From assembly GCA_964504155.1 (NCBI GenBank), contig CAZDCZ010000005.1:1-53114 (forward strand): DNA of 53,114 nucleotides, written 5' to 3'. Positions 26,299-36,201 of this stretch are shown here, in pieces. Under the pieces are notes generated by a model that saw only the letters and a program-made list of their open reading frames with translations, was not told the origin of the DNA and did no database searches. This stretch comes from an uncultured Bacteroidales bacterium. GTDB taxonomy: Bacteria; Bacteroidota; Bacteroidia; Bacteroidales; UBA12077. Position 1 is the first letter of the stretch. Each line of letters begins with the position of its first letter. The translations under genes and the position numbers were made by a program.

Positions 26299-28359
26299 AT
26301 GAAAAATACAGGTATTATATTATCATTAATTGTGCTATTGTTTACACAATGTACAAACCAGAATGATAAAAAAGCAAATGAGATAAAAAATATTAATGGA
26401 AATGTTATTATTGAAGTGCAAAATGCTCTGGTAGAGAAATATGGAGCAGAAAACGAAATGCTTATTAAAAAAGGGGTTGCTCATACAGCTTCATTATGGA
26501 GAGAATCTGATGGAGATGTTAAAAGTTTCGAAGAGTTTTGTATAAGTAATTACATTTCAGATGCTGATGAGAAGGATTTAGTATTTTTAAAAACATCTAA
26601 GAATTTAGAATCTCTTTGGGGACATAATAATAAAATAACTCTCGATTTGCAGGAAAATGTACATCTGGATAATGGTCCCTTACATAGTATCGATGGTATA
26701 TTTGCATCTTATAGTCCTAATGCTCATTTCTCAGAAGATTTTTACAATAATAAAATAGCCTTTATTATATCTTTAAACTTTCCTGTTTATTCTTTAGAAG
26801 AAAAAACTAAATTAGGAGAAGAATGGACATCAAAAGAATGGGCATATGCGCGTTTAGGCGATGTATTTACTTCTAGAGTGCCGGCTGAACTAAAACAAGC
26901 TGTTAGTAATGCAGAAACAAATGCCAGTATGTATATTGCCAATTATAATATTTATATGGGGCATATATTGAATAAAGATGGGAAAAAGATTTTTCCTGAA
27001 GATATGGTGCTCCTATCCCATTGGAATTTACGCGATGAGATAAAAGCAAATTATGCAAATAAAGAAAATGGTATAGAAAAACAAGAAATGATATATACTG
27101 TTATGAAACGCATAATTGATCAATCAATACCTGAGAAAATAATAAATTCAGGCGAGTATGAATGGAATCCTATTGACAATAAAATATATAGCAATAATGA
27201 TGAAGTAGAATTTGTGCCCGAACCTAATACTCGATATTTACAGATGCTTAATAATTTTAATGTTCTTAAGGCAGAAGATTCATATTTTCCGGTTCTCAAT
27301 ACATTTATAAAGCGAAAATTTTCGGGAGAAATGGAAATTCCACAATCTGAGGTTGAAGAATTGTTTAATGAATTTTTATTATCGCCTCAGGTTAAAAAAG
27401 TTGGAGAATTAATAAGTACGCGTTTAGGAAGAGACTTAAAACCTTTCGATATTTGGTATGATGGATTTAAAGCACGTAGTTCTATCTCTGAAGAAAAATT
27501 AAACTTAATAACTGAAACAAAATATCCTAATGCAATAGCATTAAACGATAATCTCGATGAATTATTAATGAAACTTGATTGGAGTAAAGAAAGAGCTGAT
27601 TTTATTGCCTCGAAAATCTCTGTTGATCCTGCACGTGGTTCGGGTCATGCATGGGGAGCACAAATGAAATCTGAAAAAGCTCATCTGAGAACAAGAATTC
27701 CTGAAAAAGGAATGAATTATAAAGGATATAATATTGCAATTCATGAATTCGGACATAATGTCGAGCAAACAATATCTTTACACGATGTAGATTATTATAT
27801 CTTGAATGGTGTTCCTAATACTGCATTTACCGAAGCGTTGGCATTTATCTTCCAAAAAAGAGATTTACAGTTGTTAGGTATCGAAGATAAAAATCCTGAT
27901 AAAGAATATCTTCAAACATTAGATGATTTTTGGTCGGTTTACGAAATTATGGGTGTATCGATGCTCGATATGAAAGTTTGGAAATGGTTATATGCAAATC
28001 CTGATGCTACCAAAGCTGAGTTAAAAGAAGCTGTTATGCGCATTTCTAAAGAAATATGGAATAAGTATTATGCCGAAGTATTTGGAAGTAAAGACGAGCC
28101 TATTTTGGCTATTTATTCGCATATGATAAGTTACCCTTTATACTTATCGGCATATCCTATTGGTCATTTAATTGATTTTCAGGTTGACCGGTATTTAAGC
28201 GGAAAAGTATTTGCAAACGAAGTTGAAAGAATATGGAGTCAAGGTAAATTAACTCCGCAAGTATGGATGAGAAAAGCTGTTGGAGTTGAACTTTCGAATA
28301 AACCTATTCTCGAAGCAACAGACGAAGCTTTAGAACATATTAGCCTAAGTTCGATGTAA
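26299..28359 (+). CDS. Uncharacterised lipoprotein with a gluzincin-type zinc-peptidase motif
   Basis: Lipobox-like 'LLFTQC'; 'AIHEFGH' (nt 27742-27756) and 'FTEALAF' Glu 26 residues after the second His. Confidence 0.65.
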   Translation: MKNTGIILSLIVLLFTQCTNQNDKKANEIKNINGNVIIEVQNALVEKYGAENEMLIKKGVAHTASLWRESDGDVKSFEEFCISNYISDADEKDLVFLKTSKNLESLWGHNNKITLDLQENVHLDNGPLHSIDGIFASYSPNAHFSEDFYNNKIAFIISLNFPVYSLEEKTKLGEEWTSKEWAYARLGDVFTSRVPAELKQAVSNAETNASMYIANYNIYMGHILNKDGKKIFPEDMVLLSHWNLRDEIKANYANKENGIEKQEMIYTVMKRIIDQSIPEKIINSGEYEWNPIDNKIYSNNDEVEFVPEPNTRYLQMLNNFNVLKAEDSYFPVLNTFIKRKFSGEMEIPQSEVEELFNEFLLSPQVKKVGELISTRLGRDLKPFDIWYDGFKARSSISEEKLNLITETKYPNAIALNDNLDELLMKLDWSKERADFIASKISVDPARGSGHAWGAQMKSEKAHLRTRIPEKGMNYKGYNIAIHEFGHNVEQTISLHDVDYYILNGVPNTAFTEALAFIFQKRDLQLLGIEDKNPDKEYLQTLDDFWSVYEIMGVSMLDMKVWKWLYANPDATKAELKEAVMRISKEIWNKYYAEVFGSKDEPILAIYSHMISYPLYLSAYPIGHLIDFQVDRYLSGKVFANEVERIWSQGKLTPQVWMRKAVGVELSNKPILEATDEALEHISLSSM

Positions 28360-28420
28360 AATTTGACACACAGAAAGCTTACATCGAACTAAGATTATTA
28401 AATAAGAAATTATTATATTT

Positions 28421-28455
28421 AAAAACCCGCATAGAATTTAATATGCGGGTTTTTT
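28421..28455. terminator. Bidirectional intrinsic terminator between convergent genes
   Basis: AAAAACCCGCATA-loop-TATGCGGGTTTTT. Confidence 0.8.
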
Positions 28456-28534
28456 ATTTGTCAATAAATAAATCGTTTACGAGAAGAATATTTTTTTTTT
28501 ATTGTTGTACAGTATTCGCTAGTGCCATTATTTT

Positions 28535-29560
28535 CTATAATTTGCTTTTTATCAGTTCAACAAAATTATTTATTTCTTCTTCGGTAGTATCGAAAGATGT
28601 CATCCAACGAACTTCAGATTTTGTTTCGTCCCAATCGTAGAAAAAGAATTCTTCTTTTAACTCCGGAATAATTTCTTTAGGTATAATTACAAATATTCCG
28701 TTTGCGTCAACTTTCTGAGTAATTTTTATTTGAGAAATAGTTTTGATTTTTGAAGCTAATAATTTTGCCATTATATTTGCATGTTTGGCATTTTCGTACC
28801 ATATGTCTTTAGAAAGATATCTATCGAATTGAGCCGAGATAAATCGCATTTTCGATGCTAACTGCATACCTTGTTTTCTAATGTATTTAAAATTTTCGCC
28901 TAAGCTTTTATCAAGAAAGATAATTGCTTCTCCATACATCATTCCATTTTTTGTACCTCCAAACGAAAGAATATCAACGCCTGCATCTGTTGTGAATTCT
29001 CTAAATTCTTGATTTAAACTAACAGCGGCGTTAGCTATTCTTGCTCCATCCATATGTAAATACATATTGTTTTTATGAGCATAATCGGCAATTTCTTTTA
29101 TTTCTTTTGCAGTATAAACTGTACCTAGTTCGCTTACTTGAGTTATAGAAATTATTTTTGGTTGAGAGTGATGTTCGAAGTTGATACCTTTCATTTGTGT
29201 TTTAATAAAATCTACAGTAAGTTTCCCATTGGGAGTTTCGACAGTTAGTAATTTAAAACCGTTAAATTTCTCGGGTGCACCACATTCGTCTTCGTTAATA
29301 TGAGCTGTTTCGGCACAAATAACCGAATTCCACGAACGTGTGGCTGCATTTAATCCTAATACATTTGCTGCGGTACCAATAAATACAAAGTAAACATCAA
29401 TATCGTTGCCAAAATGTTCTTTAAATTTTGCTATTGCTTTTTCGGTATAAATATCATCGCCGTAAGCAACTGTGTGTCCTATATTTGCATTATTAATTGC
29501 CTTCATTATTTCGGGATGTATTCCCGAATTGTTATCGCTTGCAAAACCACGTTTATTCAT
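28535..29560 (-). CDS. ltaE: Low-specificity L-threonine aldolase (likely start 29560)
   Basis: 'FASDNNSGIHPEIM', 'YLHMDGARIANA', PLP lysine in 'SFGGTKNGMMYGEA'. Confidence 0.9.
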   Translation of the reverse strand: MNKRGFASDNNSGIHPEIMKAINNANIGHTVAYGDDIYTEKAIAKFKEHFGNDIDVYFVFIGTAANVLGLNAATRSWNSVICAETAHINEDECGAPEKFNGFKLLTVETPNGKLTVDFIKTQMKGINFEHHSQPKIISITQVSELGTVYTAKEIKEIADYAHKNNMYLHMDGARIANAAVSLNQEFREFTTDAGVDILSFGGTKNGMMYGEAIIFLDKSLGENFKYIRKQGMQLASKMRFISAQFDRYLSKDIWYENAKHANIMAKLLASKIKTISQIKITQKVDANGIFVIIPKEIIPELKEEFFFYDWDETKSEVRWMTSFDTTEEEINNFVELIKSKL

Positions 29561-29663
29561 AATATATTTTGTTTTTGTATTTAGATACAAATGTATAATT
29601 TTTTAGATAATTAATATTTATTTGTACAATTACTAAAAATGCTAATATTTATATTTAATTTGT

Positions 29664-30470
29664 ATGTTCAAAAAAAATAAAAACATGAATAAAACAATAA
29701 GCTTTTATAGAAAATTTTACGATTTTATTCTTTCTAGAAGATATAATATGATTCTTAAAAATTATGAGGTATTAAAGACTGGTTCTCCTAAATTAATACT
29801 TCCAAACCATCAATCGCATATGGATCCTCAAATAATTGCGGTTAAAGTATATAAATACGTAGAATTTTCGCCTGTGTCTTCAGAACGACTTTTTTCTACC
29901 CCAATTATTGGTTATTTTTTAAAAAAACTGGGAGCAGTAAAAGTAAGCGATTTTCGTGCCGGAAATAAAGATCTTAATGTGTTAAATCATATAACCGAAA
30001 AAGTAAATGAAGCTCTAAGTAATGGTAAAAATATAATTATATTTCCATCGGGGAAGCTTACAAATAGTGGTTTAGAAAAAATTCAGAATAAACAAAGTGC
30101 GTATTCTGTAGTTTCAACAATGCCCGATAATGTTGAGGTTATTGGAGTGAGATTTCGAGGATTATGGGGAAGCATGTGGTCGAAAGCATGGGATGGTACT
30201 CGTCCCGAATTCTTGAAAACATTCTTAAAAGGATTTTTTTATTTTTTTGCTAATTTTATTTTTTTTATTCCGAAAAGAAAAGTAACAATTGAGTTCGAAA
30301 ATATTACTGTTGAAGCTAAACAGCATGTCCGAAAAGGAAGAAAAGAATTTAATACTTTTCTCGATAATTTCTATAATAAATATGGAGAAGAAAAACCTAT
30401 TTATATTAAACATTTCTTTTATGCTCCTAAGCTGAAAAAGACTTTGCCCGATAAAATTTCTAATCTGTAA
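29664..30470 (+). CDS. 1-acyl-sn-glycerol-3-phosphate acyltransferase (PlsC-like) domain protein
   Basis: 'PNHQSHMDP' (HxxxxD), 'IIIFPSGKL', 'GLWGSMWS'. Start could be 29685. Confidence 0.8.
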   Translation: MFKKNKNMNKTISFYRKFYDFILSRRYNMILKNYEVLKTGSPKLILPNHQSHMDPQIIAVKVYKYVEFSPVSSERLFSTPIIGYFLKKLGAVKVSDFRAGNKDLNVLNHITEKVNEALSNGKNIIIFPSGKLTNSGLEKIQNKQSAYSVVSTMPDNVEVIGVRFRGLWGSMWSKAWDGTRPEFLKTFLKGFFYFFANFIFFIPKRKVTIEFENITVEAKQHVRKGRKEFNTFLDNFYNKYGEEKPIYIKHFFYAPKLKKTLPDKISNL

Positions 30471-30666
30471 ATTAGTTGATAGAACAACTATATTTGTTAA
30501 GCTTTTTATTAAAAAATATTAATGAAAAAACAATTGTATATATTAATCCAAAAGTTGCCAGTAGGATTAATCGAAAAGTTACCAGTTTGAGACACAAAAA
30601 TACAATTATTTATCATGTCAATTGTTAGTTTTTGTTCAAACTCAGGTTTGATTTTTAAAAATCCCG

Positions 30667-30691
30667 CTAGCCCCGACATGTTGTCGGTGCT
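30667..30691 (+). repeat. REP hairpin upstream of the RAYT gene
   Basis: CTAGCCCCGACATGTTGTCGGTGCT; 20/25 to the copies at 31324 (reverse) and 53029, with a compensatory stem change. Confidence 0.75.
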
Positions 30692-30739
30692 TATTAACGG
30701 CAAATGTTCTGTGCTAAATACTTGTTGTTATTTTGATTT

Positions 30740-31302
30740 ATGTATGATAAATATAAGATAAGGATAAAGCATACTTTATAACAGTAATAACGGTTGGTTG
30801 GGTAGATGTATTTACTCGCCCAAATCATAAAAAACTTATAATTAATTCGTTGCAATATTGTATAAAGAATAAAGGCTTAATTGTTTTTGCCTATTGTTTA
30901 ATGCCAAGTCATTTACATACGATATGCAAGGCAGAAGGCAAAGTGTCTTTATCGGATGTTTTGCGCGATTTTAAGACATTCTCATCAAAAAATGTAATTA
31001 GTCAAATACAAGAAGAGCCCGAGAGCAGAAGAGAATTGATGTTAGAATATTTTTCAAAAGCATGTTTGCATCTGAAAAAAAAGCAAAATTATAAAGTTTG
31101 GTAAGATAGTAATCAGGCAAAAGAAATATTTAGCACTTCTTTTTTGTATTAGAAATTAGAATATATACATAATAATCCTGTTCAGGATTTAATAGTTGAA
31201 AAAGCAGAAGATTATTTATATAGTTCTGCAAGAAATTATGCAGAATTAGATAGTTTCTTCGATGTTTTTGTGCTAGATTATAAACCACTAATTCAAAATT
31301 AG
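30740..31302 (+). pseudogene. REP-associated tyrosine transposase (RAYT, HUH/Y1 family), disrupted
   Basis: 'AYFITVITVGWVDVFTR', HUH 'MPSHLH', 'LRDFKTFSSK', Y1 'KLEYIHNNPV', 'YLYSSARNY'. Frameshift near 30762; stops at 31102-31104 (TAA) and 31150-31152 (TAG). Confidence 0.88.
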
Positions 31303-31323
31303 AAATGATTGTTTTCTCCTGCT

Positions 31324-31348
31324 GGCACGGACAACATGTCCGCGCCAG
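31324..31348 (-). repeat. REP hairpin downstream of the RAYT gene (inverted relative to the upstream REP)
   Basis: Reverse complement CTGGCGCGGACATGTTGTCCGTGCC is identical (25/25) to 53029-53053. Confidence 0.85.
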
Positions 31349-31934
31349 GAGAAAGAGTCCTTTAACGGTATTACGTAAAGTGATGAGACTTTTTTTTTGC
31401 ACTCAGAAAAGGGTTCGAAAAAAATAGAAAGGTGTCAGCAATAAGCAAGTAGCTGTAATTGTTTCTGCCGACCGAAAAAACACAATAGATATAAATGTTG
31501 CTTGTTTAGGTAGAATTACAAAAGATAATATAATTCAGGCTATAGGAAATAAGGTTAAAGACAGAACAGTTTTGTGCACAGACGGTTATGTTAGCTATAA
31601 AGGATTTGCATTAGATAATTCAATTGAACATCGCGTATTAATAGCAGACTTAAAGCAATATGTAAAACAAAAGAAATATCACATTCAACATGTAAATTCA
31701 ATGCATAGCCGTATGAAAAATTAGATTGACAAGCAATTGCTTGGGTTTGCATCAAAATATTTACAGAATTATATTAATTGGTTTCATGTAAAAGAAAAAA
31801 TTACAGAATCTGAATTTATTGAAAGTATTATTGAATTAAGTGTTGCTAATACTAATGCAATAAAGGATTATAGAAGCATTGAAGAAAAGTATGCTAACTT
31901 GATGCATTTAGCATAGTTATTTTAAACTAGAGAC
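31349..31934 (+). mobile_element. IS1595-family remnant (3' half with right TIR)
   Basis: Near-identical to 35579-36201 except a 37-bp deletion between AGAAAGG repeats and a few SNPs; right TIR at 31915-31934. Confidence 0.9.
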
Positions 31935-32235
31935 AAGTATTCTTTTATATTTCTTTGAGCTAATCGCTCAATTTAGGTATTAATTTAAATTGTAAATATT
32001 CGCCAATGGATTTAGTGAAATTTCTAAAAGAAATTAAAAAGAATGATAATGAATTTTTTTTATAGATGATTTATGTAATGGTATTTGGAAAGTATTTTAT
32101 AGAATCGTATTTTTGGGATGCTTTAATGAAAATGAATTAAGAAATAAAGAAAAATCAATAAGGTTAGAAACTAATTTAGTGTAAAGTCTAATCTTTAACT
32201 TGTGTAAAGTATGTATTTTAACGAACATAGAAAAA

Positions 32236-33084
32236 ATGCTTAAATTTTTAAATAAACCTTACCCTTTCAACGATGATTTAAGATATAATGCTAAAATTAT
32301 TCTTTTTATAAGTCTGGGTGTTTTAGTTTTTCTGTTGATTTTTCAACCAATCGATTTTGCTACATGGTCAAAAAAGGAAATTTTTTATTTAGTTGCTGGT
32401 CTTGTCGCATCTACATTTCTAGTTCTTAGTGTAAATTTGATTATTATACCAATATTACTCCCTAAAATATTTTATAAAAATACATGGAATATAAAAAAAG
32501 AAATACTTTGGAATTTGTGGATACTTATTGCTATTTCAAGTAGCGATTTTTTATTTTACTCACAGATAGCTGGTATAATTGATATAAATTTTTTCGATAT
32601 TACTAAAATTTTGTTACTTGGATTACTTCCTGTTGCTGTTCTAATTACAATAAATCAAGAAAGGCTAGTACGTTTGCATTTGGTGTCAGCACAGCAATTA
32701 AATAAAAAATTACTTGAAAGCAAACAGCAGAATAATAATTTAATTTATTTTGAGTCAGACTATAAAAATGACATCCTCGTGATAAAAGCAGACTTGTTAA
32801 TTGCTATAAAATCTTCAGACAACTATATTGAAGTTTTTTACAAGAATGAAGGTCTGGTAAAAAAACAAATAATAAGAAGTTCTTTAAAGCGGGTTGAAGA
32901 ATTAATTAATAAATATGACTTTATTCTGCGTTGTCACAGAAGCTATATTGTTAATATTAACTTCATTAATGAAATACAGGGTAATCCGCAAGGATTTCAA
33001 CTTTTTATGGATAGCCTGAATTTTCCTGTATCTGTATCTCAAAAATACATTCATGAATTTAAAAACAAAATAAAACAGGCTTAA
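32236..33084 (+). CDS. Membrane protein with C-terminal LytTR DNA-binding domain (likely start 32236)
   Basis: Four TM helices, then 'AIKSSDNYIEVFY', 'FILRCHRSYIVN', 'PVSVSQKY'. Confidence 0.85.
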   Translation: MLKFLNKPYPFNDDLRYNAKIILFISLGVLVFLLIFQPIDFATWSKKEIFYLVAGLVASTFLVLSVNLIIIPILLPKIFYKNTWNIKKEILWNLWILIAISSSDFLFYSQIAGIIDINFFDITKILLLGLLPVAVLITINQERLVRLHLVSAQQLNKKLLESKQQNNNLIYFESDYKNDILVIKADLLIAIKSSDNYIEVFYKNEGLVKKQIIRSSLKRVEELINKYDFILRCHRSYIVNINFINEIQGNPQGFQLFMDSLNFPVSVSQKYIHEFKNKIKQA

Positions 33085-33183
33085 TCTTCACCCCTCTATA
33101 TTCTATTTTTATCCCTAAATTATTGTATTATCCCTATTTTCCTTTCATTTACCACCTTTTCTTTCAGCGAAATAATTCATTAC

Positions 33184-33191
33184 TAATTTTG
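33184..33191 (+). promoter_or_regulatory. Bacteroidota -7 promoter element immediately before the GT2 start codon
   Basis: TAATTTTG ends 4 nt before the ATG at 33196. Confidence 0.45.
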
Positions 33192-33195
33192 CAAG

Positions 33196-33896
33196 ATGAA
33201 TTTCAAAAAAAGTACGAATAAGAAAATAACGGCAATCATTTGTGCTTATAACGAAGAGAAAACAATTAGTGATGTTGTGTCAATTATGTGTGCGATTATT
33301 TTTTTGATGAAGTAATTGTAATAGAATGATTCAACAGATAAAACCGATGATATTTTGAATGAACTCAATAAAAATTACGAATTTAAATACATTAAATTTA
33401 AGGAAAATAAAGGTAAGGGTTTTGCAATGGCGATCGATATTGAAAATGCAAGCAGTGAAATTATAGTGTTTGTTGATGCCAATTTGTATAATTTAACAGA
33501 AGAACATTTATTTGAATTGAGAATACCATTAGTACACAAAAAAGCAGATATGATACTTGGACAAGCAACCGAAACATTAATTAACTACAGTATAAATCCT
33601 TTTAAATCGTTTACAGGTGAAAGAGCAGTATTAAAAAAAGACATATTGCCTATTGTCGATAAAATGAAAAATTCAAGATTTGGTATTGAAACACTAATAA
33701 ATCTTTATTACCAATCAGAAGGGAAAAAGTAAAGTATGTAATACTTAAAGATTTAAAACATCCTACAAAATTTGATAAAGTTTCTAAACAGCAAGCATTA
33801 AAAGAATTCGCTAAAGAGGGACATCAAATTGCTTTAACTTCATTTAAAAATTTTGATTTAATAACAAGTTCAATAAAAAATAAATTAATAATATGA
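33196..33896 (+). pseudogene. Glycosyltransferase family 2, frameshifted
   Basis: 'ITAIICAYNEEKTISDVV', 'FDEVIVI..DSTDKT', 'ENKGKGFAMA', 'IVFVDA', 'RFGIET' spread over different frames; the last frame's TGA overlaps the next ATG (ATGA). Confidence 0.8.
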
Positions 33897-34999
33897 AATC
33901 ATTAAAAATAGGAAATATAACATTAAAAGTTCCCATAATACAAGGAGGGATGGGAGTTGCTATTTCTTTATCAGGTTTAGCATCAGCTGTTGCAAACGAA
34001 GGCGGTATTGGTGTAATATCTGCCGTAGGTATAGGAATGACAGAACCTGACTATATAAAAAATTTTAGAAACGCTAATAAACGAGCACTAAGAAAAGAAA
34101 TAAGAAAAGCAAGAGAATTGTCTCCACACGGAGTAATTGGTGTAAACCTTATGGTAGCTGTATCTGATTTTGACGACTTACTTAAAGTTGCAATAGATGA
34201 AAAAATAGATGTTGTTTTCATTAGCGCAGGATTACCTTTGAAAAATCCTGTTAATCTTCCTGTTGAAGTGTTAGAAAATTCAGGAGTAAAAATAATTCCA
34301 AAAGTTTCTTCAGCAAGGGCAACAAATCTTATTTTTAAGTATTGGAGTAATAATTATAATCGAGTTCCTGACGGAATAGTTATAGAAGGACCTTTGGCAG
34401 GTGGTCATGAAGGATTTAGGAAAAATGATTTGATTAACCCTCAAATTAAATTATCTGATTTGATAGAAGAAACCGTCAAAGTATTAAAACCTTTTGAAGA
34501 AAAATTTGATAAAGAAATCCCTGTTATTGCGGCAGGTGGTATTTATACCGGTGATGATATATATAAAATAATGCAATCAGGTGCAAAAGCAGTTAAAATG
34601 GGAACTCGTTTTGTTCCCACTTTTGAATGTGATGCTGATGAAGAATTCAAGAAGTCATATATTTCGGCAAAAAAAGAAGATATTGGTATTATTGATAGTC
34701 CTGTTGGTCTACCTGCTCGAGTTATAAAAAATACGTTTGTTGAAGATATTATTAATGGAATAAAAAAACCCATTAATTGTCCTTGGAAATGTCTTAAAAC
34801 TTGTAATTATAAAGAAGTTTCATTTTGTATTGCACAAGCCTTATTTAATGCTGCTCAGGGAAAAATGGAAAAAGGTTTTGCATTTGCTGGAACTAATGCC
34901 TATTTAACAGAAGAAATTACCTCTGTAGAAAAGGTGTTTACTCAACTAAAAGATGAGTATCTTCAACAATATCGAGAAGAAATGATGATGAGTAAATAA
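33893..34999 (+). CDS. Nitronate monooxygenase/FabK-like FMN-dependent oxidoreductase
   Basis: 'PIIQGGMGVAIS', 'EGPLAGGHEG', 'PVIAAGGI', 'VKMGTRF', 'SPVGLPAR'. Confidence 0.88.
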   Translation: MKSLKIGNITLKVPIIQGGMGVAISLSGLASAVANEGGIGVISAVGIGMTEPDYIKNFRNANKRALRKEIRKARELSPHGVIGVNLMVAVSDFDDLLKVAIDEKIDVVFISAGLPLKNPVNLPVEVLENSGVKIIPKVSSARATNLIFKYWSNNYNRVPDGIVIEGPLAGGHEGFRKNDLINPQIKLSDLIEETVKVLKPFEEKFDKEIPVIAAGGIYTGDDIYKIMQSGAKAVKMGTRFVPTFECDADEEFKKSYISAKKEDIGIIDSPVGLPARVIKNTFVEDIINGIKKPINCPWKCLKTCNYKEVSFCIAQALFNAAQGKMEKGFAFAGTNAYLTEEITSVEKVFTQLKDEYLQQYREEMMMSK

Positions 35000-35127
35000 C
35001 TACTGTTGGTAACACCTAAAAATATAAAAGTTCTGTAGAGTAAGGTTTACTGCAGATTTTATATTCAACAAAAAAAATAGTACATTTGGTGAATAGTGCT
35101 AAAAATGAAGATGATAGCAACTGTTAA

Positions 35128-36201
35128 GGCTCTAGTTTAAAATAACTGTGTTTATTTTATTTTTTTACAGAAAAAAGAAATGAAATCATCATCTATTCAA
35201 AAATATTTTGTGAGTTTAAATCCAGATGAACAGGATAATTTATTATCAGAACACCAAAATGTAAAAGACACGTCAAGCTACGGATTATTGGAAAGGCATG
35301 TAAAACAATTAGACAATAAGCAAGGCACATGTCATCATTGCGGAAGTTTGCGATATAAAAAGAATGATAAAGATAAAAAAATGTGTGAATTGTAATAGGT
35401 GTTTACTGCATACATTGGAACATGGTTGGTACATATCCATAAGAAGCATTTATTAATTCCATATTTGAAATTAATGAAGCAGGGACAGAGTCTCGATAAA
35501 ATAAAAACAGAATTACACATAAATAAAAAAACGGCTTTCGACTGGCGACACAAAATCAATGTGTCTATTGCTGATATTGAGAAAGAGTCCTTTAACGGTA
35601 TTACGTAAAGTGATGAGACTTTTTTTTTGCACTCAGAAAAGGGTTCGAAAAAAACAGAAAGGAAAGCAAGAAAAAGAGGAAAGTCTGTAAAAAGAAAGGT
35701 GTCAGCAATAAGCAAGTAGCTGTAATTGTTTCTGCCGACCGAAAAAACACAATAGATATAAATGTTGCTTGTTTAGGTAGAATTACAAAAGATAATATAA
35801 TTCAGGCTATAGGAAATAAGGTTAAAGACAGAACAGTTTTGTGCACAGACGGTTATGTTAGCTATAAAGGATTTGCATTAGATAATTCAATTGAACATCG
35901 CGTATTAAGAGCAGACTTACAGCAATATGTAAAACAAAAGAAATATCACATTCAACATGTAAATTCAATGCATAGCCGTATGAAAAATTAGATTGACAAG
36001 CAATTGCTTGGGTTTGCATCAAAATATTTACAGAATTATATTAATTGGTTTCATGTAAAAGAAAAAATTACAGAATCTGAATTTATTGAAAGTATTATTG
36101 AATTAAGTGTTGCTAATACTAATGCAATAAAGGATTATAGAAGCATTGAAGAAAAGTATGCTAGCTTGATGCATTTAGCATAGTTATTTTAAACTAGAGC
36201 C
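35128..36201 (+). mobile_element. IS1595-family insertion sequence, full length, transposase disrupted
   Basis: Perfect 20-bp TIRs GGCTCTAGTTTAAAATAACT (35128-35147) and its reverse complement (36182-36201). Zn-finger 'CHHCGS', 'SDETFF', 'LCTDG', 'YHIQHVNSMH'. Frameshift near 35380, TAA 35606-35608, TAG 35989-35991. No matching 8-bp flanks. Confidence 0.92.

Noticed and set aside
30509-30703. 64-aa minus-strand ORF next to the RAYT
   Set aside because: It runs through the REP hairpin and has no recognisable motif; likely spurious.
31130-31402. 90-aa minus-strand ORF
   Set aside because: Antisense across three unrelated elements (IS1595 remnant, REP, RAYT end); a chance frame.
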